Positions 7,892 through 16,550 of a stretch of DNA of 55,840 bases are shown piece by piece. Within the stretch, counting starts at the first letter, position 1; each line of letters opens with the position of its first letter. The DNA is from a virus. Lineage: Duplodnaviria; Caudoviricetes. A program made the translations under genes and the position numbers. The DNA is taken from positions 1 through 55,840 of IMG/VR virus record IMGVR_UViG_3300037493_000570, one strand, 5' to 3'. The notes beneath the pieces are model-generated. The model was not told where the DNA came from and did not search any database. It saw only the letters and a list, made by a program, of their open reading frames with translations.

Positions 7892-10000
7892 ATGGCAACA
7901 CAAACAAACACTCAATCTCAGGACATGCTGGCAAAACTGCTGGCTACCGAGAACATCAACATCATCCGCAGCAACATCAAGACTGCTGCGTTTGACATCA
8001 AAGGTCGTACTCTGCTCCTTCCTCGATGGAAGGAAATGACACCCACGATCGAAGAAATGCTCATGATGCATGAGGTCGGTCACGCCCTCTACACTAGTGC
8101 AGATACCTATGGCGTAGTCTTTGAGGAAAAGAAACATCTTAAAGACTACGCCAACGTGATTGAAGACGTCCGCATCGAAAAGAAGATGAAGGAACGCTAT
8201 CCTGGCTCACGTAAGTCATTCAACACTGGCTACCGCGAACTAAACGATCGTGACTTCTTTGGCGTCAAAGACCGTGATCTTTCTAAGTTACTATTGATTG
8301 ACCGCATCAACCTGTACTTCAAAGTTGGCTTCAACTGTGGTGTGCAATTCAATGCCGAAGAACAAGAACTGATTCGTCGAGTAGACAAGTGCTCTACCGA
8401 GAAGGAAGTAGTTGATCTGGCTGAAGAAATCTTTGCGTATAGTAAGGATGACATCAAAGAAAAGATCGAGAAGCGCAAGGCTGTAAATGTTCCTAGTCAA
8501 GGTGAAGAAATTGAAGATGCTGATGAAGACGAGTCTTCTATGTATGACGACTACATCGACGAAGATGAAGACGGCGAAGAGCAAGAAAAATCTCCACGTC
8601 AATCTTCCAAGCCACAGACGACTCCTCCAAATCCTGAACAAGAGATCATGGAAGATCTGAAGCCAACTACACTACAAAAGTTTGATGAAAAGTTAGAACA
8701 ACTTGCCGACGAATCGTTAGTCATTCGCTACTTCGAACCTGTATTGACTGAGACTCGTGAAGACATCATCATAAGTTATAAGAAGATCATGCCTGATTTT
8801 GCTGCGGCACTTACAGACAACGTTCTCCTTGCTAAATCTCGCATTGCAAAGTTTAAGTCTAATTCTTCTGGCATGGTGAACTATCTTGTCAAAGAGTTTG
8901 AAATGCGTAAGTCTGCTACTGCATATAAGCGTGCTAAGATCTCTAAACTTGGACAACTCGATAGTAGAAAGTTATACGCTTATAAGATTAAAGATGACTT
9001 GTTCCGCCAGATTATGACGGTGCAGGATGGTAAGAAACATGGTATGGTGTTTCTATTGGATTGGTCGGGTTCTATGTCTTCTTACATGGAGGAGACTATC
9101 GAACAAGTTATGAACTTAGCAATGTTCTGTCAGCGCATTCAGATTCCGTATCAAGTGTTTGCATTCGTCGATGGTTACTATGATGAAACTCGTAAAGCCG
9201 AACCTAAGATTATTGCTACTAATGACAATGGTCTCCATGGCCATGTAAATTTGTTAGAACTGTTCTCTAATAAGATGTCTAACGTTGAATTCAATAAGAT
9301 GATAGACTACATGATGTGTAAGCCATACTCAAGAGTTCGCAAATACAGTTTGCAGGGAACTCCATTGAATGAAGCGCTTCTATTCATGGTGGACTATCTT
9401 GGAAAGTTTATTGCTAACAATGGCGTAGAAAAGACTACATTCATCACACTGACTGATGGTGAGGGTGGGGCTCTTTCTGGAAACGTGAACTCTCGTATCA
9501 CAAATGGCCCAGCATATGAATATGATACCCTAGGCCAATACAAGAAAGTAAACGTCAAAACATACTTTCGCGATCCAATCACTAAGAAAGATTATGAACT
9601 TGGCGCAGAATCTCATGAACAAACTGGAACACTACTGAAGATCATCCGCGATAGACATCAAGTTAAAAGCGTGGCGTTCTTTATCATGGATGCTACTCAA
9701 CGAGCAACTGGTTCATTCGTTAGAATTAATATGCCAACAGGCAAAGGTTCAAGCGATATAGATCTATCTAATTCTATCTTAAGTTCTATGCGAAAAGACA
9801 AGTTCTGTATTCTTAAGACCGTTCCAGGTCGTGATGAGATGTACCTATTGCCATCCACATCTAAGATTCAGGATGATTCTTTGGGTAAGATCAATGAAGA
9901 CATGTCTGCTGCATCTATCGCACGCGTCTTGGGAAGCTCTATGAATGCTCGTAAGACTTCACGGATTGTTTTAAATAAATTTATTGGAATGGTTGCATAA
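7892..10000 (+). CDS. CobT-like protein: N-terminal HExxH metallopeptidase-like domain, acidic linker, VWA domain
   Basis: HEVGHALYT, NVIEDVRIE, LLDWSGSM (MIDAS), GTPLNEA, TDGE. Confidence 0.85.
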   Translation: MATQTNTQSQDMLAKLLATENINIIRSNIKTAAFDIKGRTLLLPRWKEMTPTIEEMLMMHEVGHALYTSADTYGVVFEEKKHLKDYANVIEDVRIEKKMKERYPGSRKSFNTGYRELNDRDFFGVKDRDLSKLLLIDRINLYFKVGFNCGVQFNAEEQELIRRVDKCSTEKEVVDLAEEIFAYSKDDIKEKIEKRKAVNVPSQGEEIEDADEDESSMYDDYIDEDEDGEEQEKSPRQSSKPQTTPPNPEQEIMEDLKPTTLQKFDEKLEQLADESLVIRYFEPVLTETREDIIISYKKIMPDFAAALTDNVLLAKSRIAKFKSNSSGMVNYLVKEFEMRKSATAYKRAKISKLGQLDSRKLYAYKIKDDLFRQIMTVQDGKKHGMVFLLDWSGSMSSYMEETIEQVMNLAMFCQRIQIPYQVFAFVDGYYDETRKAEPKIIATNDNGLHGHVNLLELFSNKMSNVEFNKMIDYMMCKPYSRVRKYSLQGTPLNEALLFMVDYLGKFIANNGVEKTTFITLTDGEGGALSGNVNSRITNGPAYEYDTLGQYKKVNVKTYFRDPITKKDYELGAESHEQTGTLLKIIRDRHQVKSVAFFIMDATQRATGSFVRINMPTGKGSSDIDLSNSILSSMRKDKFCILKTVPGRDEMYLLPSTSKIQDDSLGKINEDMSAASIARVLGSSMNARKTSRIVLNKFIGMVA

Positions 10001-10003
10001 CGG

Positions 10004-10032
10004 TGTACATTAATTCGTCTATTTGATATAAT
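10004..10032 (+). promoter_or_regulatory. Early-type promoter
   Basis: TGTACA-TTAATTCGTCTATTTGA-TATAAT; near-identical to 7857. Confidence 0.85.
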
Positions 10033-10059
10033 AGACCTATACCTATGGAGTTCTACATT

Positions 10060-11163
10060 ATGGATACAAATTTTCTCTCCTCTCTTTACGAAACATTCCC
10101 TGACTGCAAAGTTTCAGGACAGGTTTCACGTCAGCAAATCGTTGCAACCATGTCTGCTTTGAATACTACGAAGTGGCCAAATTGGCTCATGCAAAATCGA
10201 GTTGGTCGTGGTCTATACGCTGTTGCGACCGACGGCTCCGCACTCCCTAAACCTGAAATGACTAAGCCTATGGTTAAAAATGAAGAAGTCTCATCTTTGA
10301 TTCCAAAGGTTGACCCCAATTACGTTGCATTCGGCAACCATCGTGACATTGATACTATCATCAAGTCTCGCCAATTCTATCCTGCATATATTTCAGGACC
10401 AACGGGCAATGGTAAGTCTACTACTGTTGAGCAATGCTGCGCCAAAAACAAGCGTCCTCTCATTCGTGTCAATCTGAACATGATGACCGATGAAGATCAA
10501 CTCATTGGATCTAAAACATTGGTTGATGGTAACGTTGAAGTAGTTGAAGGTCCAGTGCTTATTGCAATGCGCTCAGGCATTCCTCTTTTGCTAGACGAAA
10601 TCGATGCTGGCTCTGCCAACACTCTTCTGTGTCTGCAACCTATCCTTGAAGGTAAGCCATTCTACTTCAAATTGAAGAATGAATTGGTCTATCCTGCCGA
10701 AGGATTCACTGTGTTCGCCACTGCTAACACCAAAGGTAAGGGTTCAGAAGATGGTCGCTACATCGGTACCAATGTATTGAATGAGGCGTTCCTTGAGCGC
10801 TTTGCAATCACCTTCAATCAGGAGTATCCATCTGCTGCTATTGAACGTAAGATTGTTATGAATCTAATGGAGTCCTACTCATGTAAAGATGAGGATTTTG
10901 CAGACACTCTCGTTAAGTGGGCTGATGCAATTCGTAGGACTTTTGCAGATGGCGGTGTAGATGAGACTATTACAACCCGCCGTTTGGTACACATTGTTCG
11001 TGCATTCTCTATCTTCAAGGATAAGAAGAAAGCCGTTGAATTGTGTATCAACAGATTTGACGATATCACTCGCAATGCTTTCGCAGATCTATTTGAAAAG
11101 GTTGCTACTCCCGCACCAGTAGTGAGTACTGCACCTCAATCATCAACTGAAATCCCCTTCTAA
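10060..11163 (+). CDS. cobS: CobS/MoxR-like AAA+ ATPase
   Basis: GPTGNGKS, LLLDEID, TANTKGKGS, NEAFLERF, TRRLVHI. Confidence 0.88.
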   Translation: MDTNFLSSLYETFPDCKVSGQVSRQQIVATMSALNTTKWPNWLMQNRVGRGLYAVATDGSALPKPEMTKPMVKNEEVSSLIPKVDPNYVAFGNHRDIDTIIKSRQFYPAYISGPTGNGKSTTVEQCCAKNKRPLIRVNLNMMTDEDQLIGSKTLVDGNVEVVEGPVLIAMRSGIPLLLDEIDAGSANTLLCLQPILEGKPFYFKLKNELVYPAEGFTVFATANTKGKGSEDGRYIGTNVLNEAFLERFAITFNQEYPSAAIERKIVMNLMESYSCKDEDFADTLVKWADAIRRTFADGGVDETITTRRLVHIVRAFSIFKDKKKAVELCINRFDDITRNAFADLFEKVATPAPVVSTAPQSSTEIPF

Positions 11164-11171
11164 GGAACTAT

Positions 11172-11528
11172 ATGAACTACACTAGCCTAACTAAAATTCA
11201 AAAGCGCTGCATCGATGCTTTCATCACTATTCGTCCAGCTCTGGCGTCCCAATACAGTATCACTCGTTCGGAGGTAGAAGAACTCTTTAATGAGCTACAT
11301 TCTAAACGTGCTGACGGAGGGGAAAAGATTGGGTATCCAATGTGGCTTGTCAAAGGCGACAAAGTTTCACGTGGACACTACAAATTCCCCGCACCCAATT
11401 TGCTTGAAGCTCAAGAAGCTCAGGCAAAATCAAATACCAAAGCTGCTGAAGAGTTGGTAAAGAATTCTGAAGAAGATAAAGAATTTTTTACTGAACTAGC
11501 AGAGTATGGTATAATGGAAGTAGCATAA
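11172..11528 (+). CDS. Hypothetical protein
   Basis: SD AAGGA; KIGYPMWL...RGHY resembles the WLM...GRGLY segment at the N-terminus of the upstream ATPase. Confidence 0.7.
   Translation: MNYTSLTKIQKRCIDAFITIRPALASQYSITRSEVEELFNELHSKRADGGEKIGYPMWLVKGDKVSRGHYKFPAPNLLEAQEAQAKSNTKAAEELVKNSEEDKEFFTELAEYGIMEVA
11487..11515 (+). promoter_or_regulatory. Early-type promoter inside the 3' end of a CDS
   Basis: TTTACT-17 nt-TATAAT with TG. Confidence 0.55.
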
Positions 11529-11558
11529 CAGCTATATCTTTAACATAATGGAGTTACT

Positions 11559-11804
11559 ATGAGTAAATTGTCTCGACTTGAAAAATACCTGAAATCAGGT
11601 TCTACTGCTACGCCTCGTCAAATCGCTGGTATGTTTGGATTGCAGAATCCAACCTCAGCTATCCACGCTCTTCGTAGCAAAGGTGTTTGCGTTTATGCAA
11701 ACAAAGCTACGCTGTCTACCGGTGAACCTACTGTTAAGTATTCTATCGGTACGCCCACCAAGAAAATGATTCAGATTGCACATTCCCTCGGTATGTTTGC
11801 TTAA
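11559..11804 (+). CDS. Small winged-HTH-like protein
   Basis: TPRQIAGMFGLQNPTSAIHALRSKG pattern; SD GGAG. Confidence 0.7.
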   Translation: MSKLSRLEKYLKSGSTATPRQIAGMFGLQNPTSAIHALRSKGVCVYANKATLSTGEPTVKYSIGTPTKKMIQIAHSLGMFA

Positions 11805-11811
11805 TTAGAAT

Positions 11812-11862
11812 TGTACTTTTATGGAGGATTGAGGTATAATAGTATCTCAATCCTCCTTTTTT
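11812..11862 (+). terminator. Terminator hairpin overlapping a promoter (TGTACT 11812, TATAAT 11835)
   Basis: GGAGGATTGAGGTA/TATCTCAATCCTCC stem plus T6. Confidence 0.75.
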
Positions 11863-11866
11863 AATT

Positions 11867-12199
11867 ATGAAAAGTAATCCTAAATCTCTCCCAGATGGCC
11901 GTAAATTCGACGGCGGTAAACTTCGTTATGGACTAATCCCTCCTCTTGCTCAGCAAGAAATGGTGAAAGTCCTCACGTTTGGCGCAGAAAAGTATGAACC
12001 AGATAATTGGAAATATGTTGAAGGCTCTATCACTCGTTACTTTGATGCTATGGAACGTCATGTCTGGGCATGGAAGATGGGTGAGGAATTAGATCCGGAG
12101 AGTGGAATCCATCACTTAGCTCATGCTATGTGTTGCCTTGCATTTCTCTATGAACATGATGTGAAATATACAAAGAAAGAACCAAATGGAACTAAGTAA
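11867..12199 (+). CDS. dATP/dGTP diphosphohydrolase-like (DUF5664-type) protein
   Basis: GRKFDGGKLRYGLIP, GAEKY..DNW, DPESGIHHLAHA. Confidence 0.8.
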   Translation: MKSNPKSLPDGRKFDGGKLRYGLIPPLAQQEMVKVLTFGAEKYEPDNWKYVEGSITRYFDAMERHVWAWKMGEELDPESGIHHLAHAMCCLAFLYEHDVKYTKKEPNGTK

Positions 12200-12842
12200 A
12201 GAAACACTGTCGTTGATTAAGAACTTCGCCGGTATCAATGGCAGCTTAATGCTTAAGCAAGGCAATAAGTTGTCTACAATTTCCGAAGGAAAGAACATCA
12301 TGGCAGAAGTGTCCATCGGTGAAGATCTTCCTATGGACTTCGGGATCTATGATCTAAACGAATTCCTGAACGTGGTGTCACTATTCTCGACTACTCAACT
12401 TGACTTCTCTGAGAAGTATGTTATGGTGTCTGATGGTGGTTCTAGCAAGATTAAATACTTTGCCGCTGGTGAAGGTGTAGTTAAGTCTGCTCCATCTACG
12501 ATTAAGTTTCCTCAACCAGACGTTGAGTTCAAGATTGATGCAGCACAACTTGCGATGATTCTTAAGACATCATCTGCATTGAAAGCAAGCGATCTATCCA
12601 TCGTTGGCGATGGTACCACCCTCAAGGTTTTGGTATCAGACAAGAAGAACGATACATCAAATGCATATGAAGTTACTATCGGCAAGACCGACGAAACCTT
12701 CAAAGCTAACCTCAAAGTTGAAAATCTTAAGATGCTTCCAGGCGATTATGATGTTGCTATCTCTAAGAAGAAAATCTCTCGCTTTAAGAGTGCAACTGAC
12801 TTGACTTATTTCGTTGCGGTTGAAGCTGACTCGGAGTTCTAA
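12186..12842 (+). CDS. gp45: Sliding clamp gp45
   Basis: LSKETLSLIKNFAGIN, FGIYDLNEFL, NLKMLPGDY, YFVAVE. Confidence 0.95.
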   Translation: MELSKETLSLIKNFAGINGSLMLKQGNKLSTISEGKNIMAEVSIGEDLPMDFGIYDLNEFLNVVSLFSTTQLDFSEKYVMVSDGGSSKIKYFAAGEGVVKSAPSTIKFPQPDVEFKIDAAQLAMILKTSSALKASDLSIVGDGTTLKVLVSDKKNDTSNAYEVTIGKTDETFKANLKVENLKMLPGDYDVAISKKKISRFKSATDLTYFVAVEADSEF

Positions 12843-12985
12843 TGTTAGAAGATGCATTCAAAGGAGTTGGAGAAGCCATCGCAACTGGCTTTATACTTCT
12901 TTGCATCTTTGTTCCACTGGGTCTTTGGAAACTAGTGGACATCATTATTTGGCTATTTCAACACGTGAAAATTAATATATTATGA
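12842..12985 (+). CDS. Small membrane protein (47 aa, not in ORF track)
   Basis: MLEDAFKGVGEAIATGFILLCIFVPLGLWKLVDIIIWLF...; coupled to gp45 and gp44. Confidence 0.65.
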   Translation: MLEDAFKGVGEAIATGFILLCIFVPLGLWKLVDIIIWLFQHVKINIL

Positions 12986-13920
12986 GCAATCAATATCTCT
13001 GGGTAGAACGTTATCGTCCACAAACGATTGACGAATGTATTCTACCTGAATCCATGAAGAAGACTTTCCGTGAATTTATCGACTCCGGAGAGTTGCCTAA
13101 TTTCTTATTCTGTGGTGGAGCTGGAGTGGGTAAGACCACTGTCGCTAAAGCACTATGTAATGAGATTGGTGCAGAGTATCTCTTCATCAATGGTTCAGAA
13201 GAATCCGGTATCGATGTTCTTCGTAGTAAGATTAAAAGCTTTGCATCTTCAGTATCCCTAACGGATGCTAAGAAAGTAGTTATCCTCGATGAGGCAGACT
13301 ATCTTAATGCTAACTCTACTCAACCTGCTCTTCGTGGTTTCATTGAAGAGTTTAGCAATAACTGTAGGTTCATCTTTACTTGTAACTTCAAGAATAGAAT
13401 CATTGAACCATTGCATTCTCGTTGTGCAGTTGTTGAATTTAAGGTAGAGAATAAAGACAAGCCCGCAATCATGGGTGCGTTCTACAAGCGTGTTGTTGGA
13501 ATCCTTAAAGGTGAGAACATTGAGTTTGAACCAAAAGTTGTTGTTGAACTAGTAACTAAGTACTTTCCAGACTATCGTCGTATTCTTAATGAGTTACAAC
13601 GATACTCAGTGAGTGGTACTATTGATGCTAGTTTGCTAGTAAACATTGGCGAAGAATCATACGCTGAGTTGATCAAGCATCTTAAGACTAAGAACTTCAC
13701 TGAGGTTCGTAAGTGGGTTGGTAAGAATTCTGATACTGAATCGACTGAATTGTTTCGCAAGTTTTACGATAAGGCTGTTGATATTCTAGAACAAGGATCT
13801 ATTCCTCAACTGGTTTTGATTCTTGCCGAGTACCAATATAAGGCTGCATTTGTTGCAGATCGTGAAATTAATACTATGGCCGCTCTGACTGAAATCATGG
13901 CACAACTAAAGTTTAAATAA
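12982..13920 (+). CDS. gp44: Clamp loader large subunit gp44
   Basis: LWVERYRP, GGAGVGKT, LDEADYL, SRC. Confidence 0.95.
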   Translation: MSNQYLWVERYRPQTIDECILPESMKKTFREFIDSGELPNFLFCGGAGVGKTTVAKALCNEIGAEYLFINGSEESGIDVLRSKIKSFASSVSLTDAKKVVILDEADYLNANSTQPALRGFIEEFSNNCRFIFTCNFKNRIIEPLHSRCAVVEFKVENKDKPAIMGAFYKRVVGILKGENIEFEPKVVVELVTKYFPDYRRILNELQRYSVSGTIDASLLVNIGEESYAELIKHLKTKNFTEVRKWVGKNSDTESTELFRKFYDKAVDILEQGSIPQLVLILAEYQYKAAFVADREINTMAALTEIMAQLKFK

Positions 13921-14237
13921 TGGAAGATTTTATTTTTTACACACTGCTCATTGGTGTAAGTTTTTATGCTGGTTGGTATGTTCGTGAGTTCAGTGCTACT
14001 CGTCGAGTGAAAAGTATGCTTGCAGAAATTCGTGAGAATGAAGAAGCAGAAGAATCATCTAGAACATATGCTACTATAGAACTAAAAGACAATATGATAT
14101 TCATGTATGATAAAGAAACGAATGTGTATCTTGGTCATGCTGAAAAGTTTGCAGATCTTGAAACTATGTTAAAAAATAAATTTCCAGATACTACATTCGC
14201 CGTTTCACGCGATGACATGTTGAAGTTGATGAAATGA
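13920..14237 (+). CDS. Hypothetical protein with N-terminal TM segment
   Basis: Hydrophobic N-terminus; translational coupling on both sides. Confidence 0.7.
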   Translation: MEDFIFYTLLIGVSFYAGWYVREFSATRRVKSMLAEIRENEEAEESSRTYATIELKDNMIFMYDKETNVYLGHAEKFADLETMLKNKFPDTTFAVSRDDMLKLMK

Positions 14238-14614
14238 GTTTCTTTGATTTTCTAAACGCAATCAACGACAGTAAGAAGGATCTGATTAAAGAAGATCCTC
14301 TTACTGAAAAAGATTACGTTCCATTCATGATCAATAGAGGACTGTCGTACTTTCCTGATACGATTATGTTTGCTAATGAAATGAACACACACGCTTCCAT
14401 TCCTAAGGACTGGCAGTTTGCATTCTATCTCAATGGCGTGAACAAAAAGAAACGATTCTCTAAGTGGCATAAGAAAGATCAGAACTCTGAGAACCTAAAG
14501 CTTGTCATGCGTGAATATAACTACTCATCTGAGAAAGCTGTTGTCGCATTGGAGTTACTCACTGATGAAAATCTTAAAGAACTTAGATTAAAATATACAG
14601 AAGGTGGTCGATAA
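14234..14614 (+). CDS. gp62: Clamp loader small subunit gp62
   Basis: FDFLNAIN, YVPFMINRGLS, ANEMN, KKRFSKW. Confidence 0.92.
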   Translation: MSFFDFLNAINDSKKDLIKEDPLTEKDYVPFMINRGLSYFPDTIMFANEMNTHASIPKDWQFAFYLNGVNKKKRFSKWHKKDQNSENLKLVMREYNYSSEKAVVALELLTDENLKELRLKYTEGGR

Positions 14615-14618
14615 GTCG

Positions 14619-14626
14619 TATAAATA
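14619..14626 (+). promoter_or_regulatory. Late promoter TATAAATA upstream of regA
   Basis: Exact consensus in the intergenic gap. Confidence 0.7.
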
Positions 14627-14672
14627 AATCCAGTCTAGCATGATATTATGAATATAATATAATAAAAAGGAA

Positions 14673-15101
14673 GTGAAGATGACTGAATTAATTTATTACG
14701 ATTGGACGCCGGATTCAATGCTTGAAGTGACGTTACCTGAACCTGATAATTTTCTCAAGGTTCGTGAAACTCTCACTCGCATTGGAGTGGCGTCTAGAAA
14801 AGATAAAACCCTGTACCAATCGTGCCATATCTTGCATAAGCAAGGTAGGTACTTTATTGTACATTTTAAAGAACTCTTTGCCTTAGACGGTAAAGAAGCC
14901 AATATCACTAATGGCGATATTGAACGCAGAAACACTATCACCGGTCTGCTAGCAGATTGGGGATTGTTAAAAATCGTTATTCTGTCTAAAGCAGAACAGC
15001 GAGTATCATTGTCTCAGATCAAGGTAGTATCTTTTAAAGAGAAACTTGAATGGACTTTAACAGCCAAATACAACATTGGCAAGAAACCCAGCATTAATTA
15101 A
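14673..15101 (+). CDS. regA: Translational repressor RegA
   Basis: FLKVRETLTRIGVAS, LYQSCHILHKQGRYFIVHFKELF. Confidence 0.97.
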   Translation: MKMTELIYYDWTPDSMLEVTLPEPDNFLKVRETLTRIGVASRKDKTLYQSCHILHKQGRYFIVHFKELFALDGKEANITNGDIERRNTITGLLADWGLLKIVILSKAEQRVSLSQIKVVSFKEKLEWTLTAKYNIGKKPSIN

Positions 15102-15112
15102 TGGAGATATAC

Positions 15113-15304
15113 ATGCTTAAATTTGAATTGACTCTCGACGAAGCCAACATGGTTCTTTCCGCTCTTGGTAAAGCACCATTCGAAGCCGTTGCTGGTTTGA
15201 TTAATAAACTACAACAACAGGCTCAGCCTCAGTTGCCAGCTCTAGAAGCTGCAGCTAAAGCAGCTGCTGATGCTGCCGATGCATCCGTTGTAACTGACGT
15301 TTAA
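15113..15304 (+). CDS. Small hypothetical protein
   Basis: SD GGAG; LTLDEANMVLSALGKAPF...LQQQAQPQ. Confidence 0.7.
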   Translation: MLKFELTLDEANMVLSALGKAPFEAVAGLINKLQQQAQPQLPALEAAAKAAADAADASVVTDV

Positions 15305-15491
15305 TTCTCAGGGATGGGAACTAGGCGGCACCCTAGTTAATAACTGCCACTAATCCACCTTAGGACCGTCGACGTAAACGGTTAGGATAGATTGTCTTAC
15401 TTTCTATCTGGGCGTCCGGGCAATTGCACTGTCACTCGTTAGTTGACCCTGTATTAAGTAAGCAGGACAACCGCTATGCCTTCGGGGTAGC
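15305..15491 (+). ncRNA. Candidate structured RNA / long hsp20 5' leader
   Basis: GC-richer intergenic region with a GNRA hairpin, H-type pseudoknot, multi-stem junction and UUCG hairpin. Confidence 0.5.
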
Positions 15492-15502
15492 AATTACTAA
15501 AA

Positions 15503-15517
15503 CTCGCTTAATAGGAG
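15503..15517 (+). promoter_or_regulatory. ROSE-like RNA thermometer hairpin over the hsp20 SD
   Basis: CUCGCU-UAAU-AGGAG: UCGCU pairs with the SD, G bulged. Confidence 0.6.
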
Positions 15518-15522
15518 AAATC

Positions 15523-16017
15523 ATGACTGATTTTAAACTCGGCAACATCTCGTTCGGTCCAATGTTCAAGGACTTCGACAAATACTTCGTAGGTTTTGAA
15601 GAGCAACATGCTCACATGCAGAAACTTCACGCAGACGTCACCAAAAACATTCCCGGCTATCCTCCATACAACATCAAGAAGACTGGTGATAATACATACA
15701 GTATCGAACTTGCAGTTGCTGGATTCGCTCAAAGCGAAATTGATATTGAAATCGATGGCGGTAAACTTATCGTCAAAGGTAATGCAGCATCAAAGGAAGA
15801 TGAGAAAGAAGAAAACTTCTTGTTCAAAGGTATTGCTAATCGCGGTTTCACCCGCGCATTCGCTATCGATGATTCTATCGAAGTAAAGAACGCTGAACTA
15901 TTCAATGGTATGCTAAAGATCGTTTTGGAACGTTTAATTCCTGAACAATCAAAGCCAAAGAAAGTTCCAGTAAAGACTAAAGGTCAAAAGCAATATTTGA
16001 CTGAAGAAGATCTGTGA
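15523..16017 (+). CDS. hsp20: Small heat-shock protein (Hsp20/IbpA family)
   Basis: YPPYNI, IELAVAGF, KGIANRGFTRAF, NGML; SD AGGAG fixes the start at 15523. Confidence 0.95.
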   Translation: MTDFKLGNISFGPMFKDFDKYFVGFEEQHAHMQKLHADVTKNIPGYPPYNIKKTGDNTYSIELAVAGFAQSEIDIEIDGGKLIVKGNAASKEDEKEENFLFKGIANRGFTRAFAIDDSIEVKNAELFNGMLKIVLERLIPEQSKPKKVPVKTKGQKQYLTEEDL

Positions 16018-16167
16018 AAGATGTAACCTCCAGTTTCTGGACATGGGTTAAACATACGTTTGCCCCCACACTACAGAAATGAGATTGAGGAATATCTCGC
16101 AGAATCTGCAAACCATTACGACCTTGAGCGTAGAATGCAAGTTCTTATGCACAGAGGAATGATCTAA
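16014..16167 (+). pseudogene. Small ORF split by a +1 frameshift at the C5 run (16063-16067)
   Basis: GTG frame MKDVTSSFWTWVKHTFAP continues in +1 as HYRNEIEEYLAESANHYDLERRMQVLMHRGMI. Confidence 0.5.
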
Positions 16168-16181
16168 CAATTGGAGTTATT

Positions 16182-16490
16182 ATGGCAGTGAAGGTTTACA
16201 AACTTATTAATGGTGAAGATATTATAGCAGAGATTGAGAAAGACACTCCAACGGAGATCGTTTTGAAAAATCCTGCTGCAATTATAGTACAACAAACGGC
16301 AGACGGAAGAGTCGGCGCATCCTTTGCACCATACGCTCCATTTGCTAAAGACAATACTGTAACGATCTACAAAACAGCAATTGCTGGTCATATGGAAGTA
16401 GATGTTAAATTGATCAACGAATATAATAGGATCTTCGGATCCGGCATCATGATTGCTTCGGCAGACGAGATGCCTAAGATGATCGTTTAA
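16182..16490 (+). CDS. Conserved T4-like hypothetical (Sm-like)
   Basis: KLINGEDIIA, LKNP, YNRIFGSGI; SD GGAG. Confidence 0.8.
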   Translation: MAVKVYKLINGEDIIAEIEKDTPTEIVLKNPAAIIVQQTADGRVGASFAPYAPFAKDNTVTIYKTAIAGHMEVDVKLINEYNRIFGSGIMIASADEMPKMIV

Positions 16491-16492
16491 AT

Positions 16493-16540
16493 TTTACTTT
16501 TAGTCCTAAACAGGGTATAATTAATTTTATATCCTGTTTT
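16493..16540 (+). promoter_or_regulatory. gp43 promoter (TTTACT 16493, TATAAT 16516) inside a hairpin
   Basis: AAACAGGGTATAA/TTATATCCTGTTT stem. Confidence 0.7.
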
Positions 16541-16550
16541 ACTTTATACT

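Noticed and set aside
7892-11163. Cobalamin biosynthesis
   Set aside because: No CobN or other cob genes; an AAA+/VWA pair is common in T4-like phages and is more likely a chaperone.
11867-12199. Z-base (2-aminoadenine) or deazaguanine system
   Set aside because: No PurZ, DpdA or Que genes in the window; the modification genes present target cytosine.
15319-15350. Pseudoknot as a preQ1-I riboswitch
   Set aside because: The loop is too short and lacks the conserved ligand-binding pattern; no queuosine genes nearby.
15434-15468. ACUCGUUAG... as a pistol or twister ribozyme
   Set aside because: I could not build the required stems and pseudoknots.
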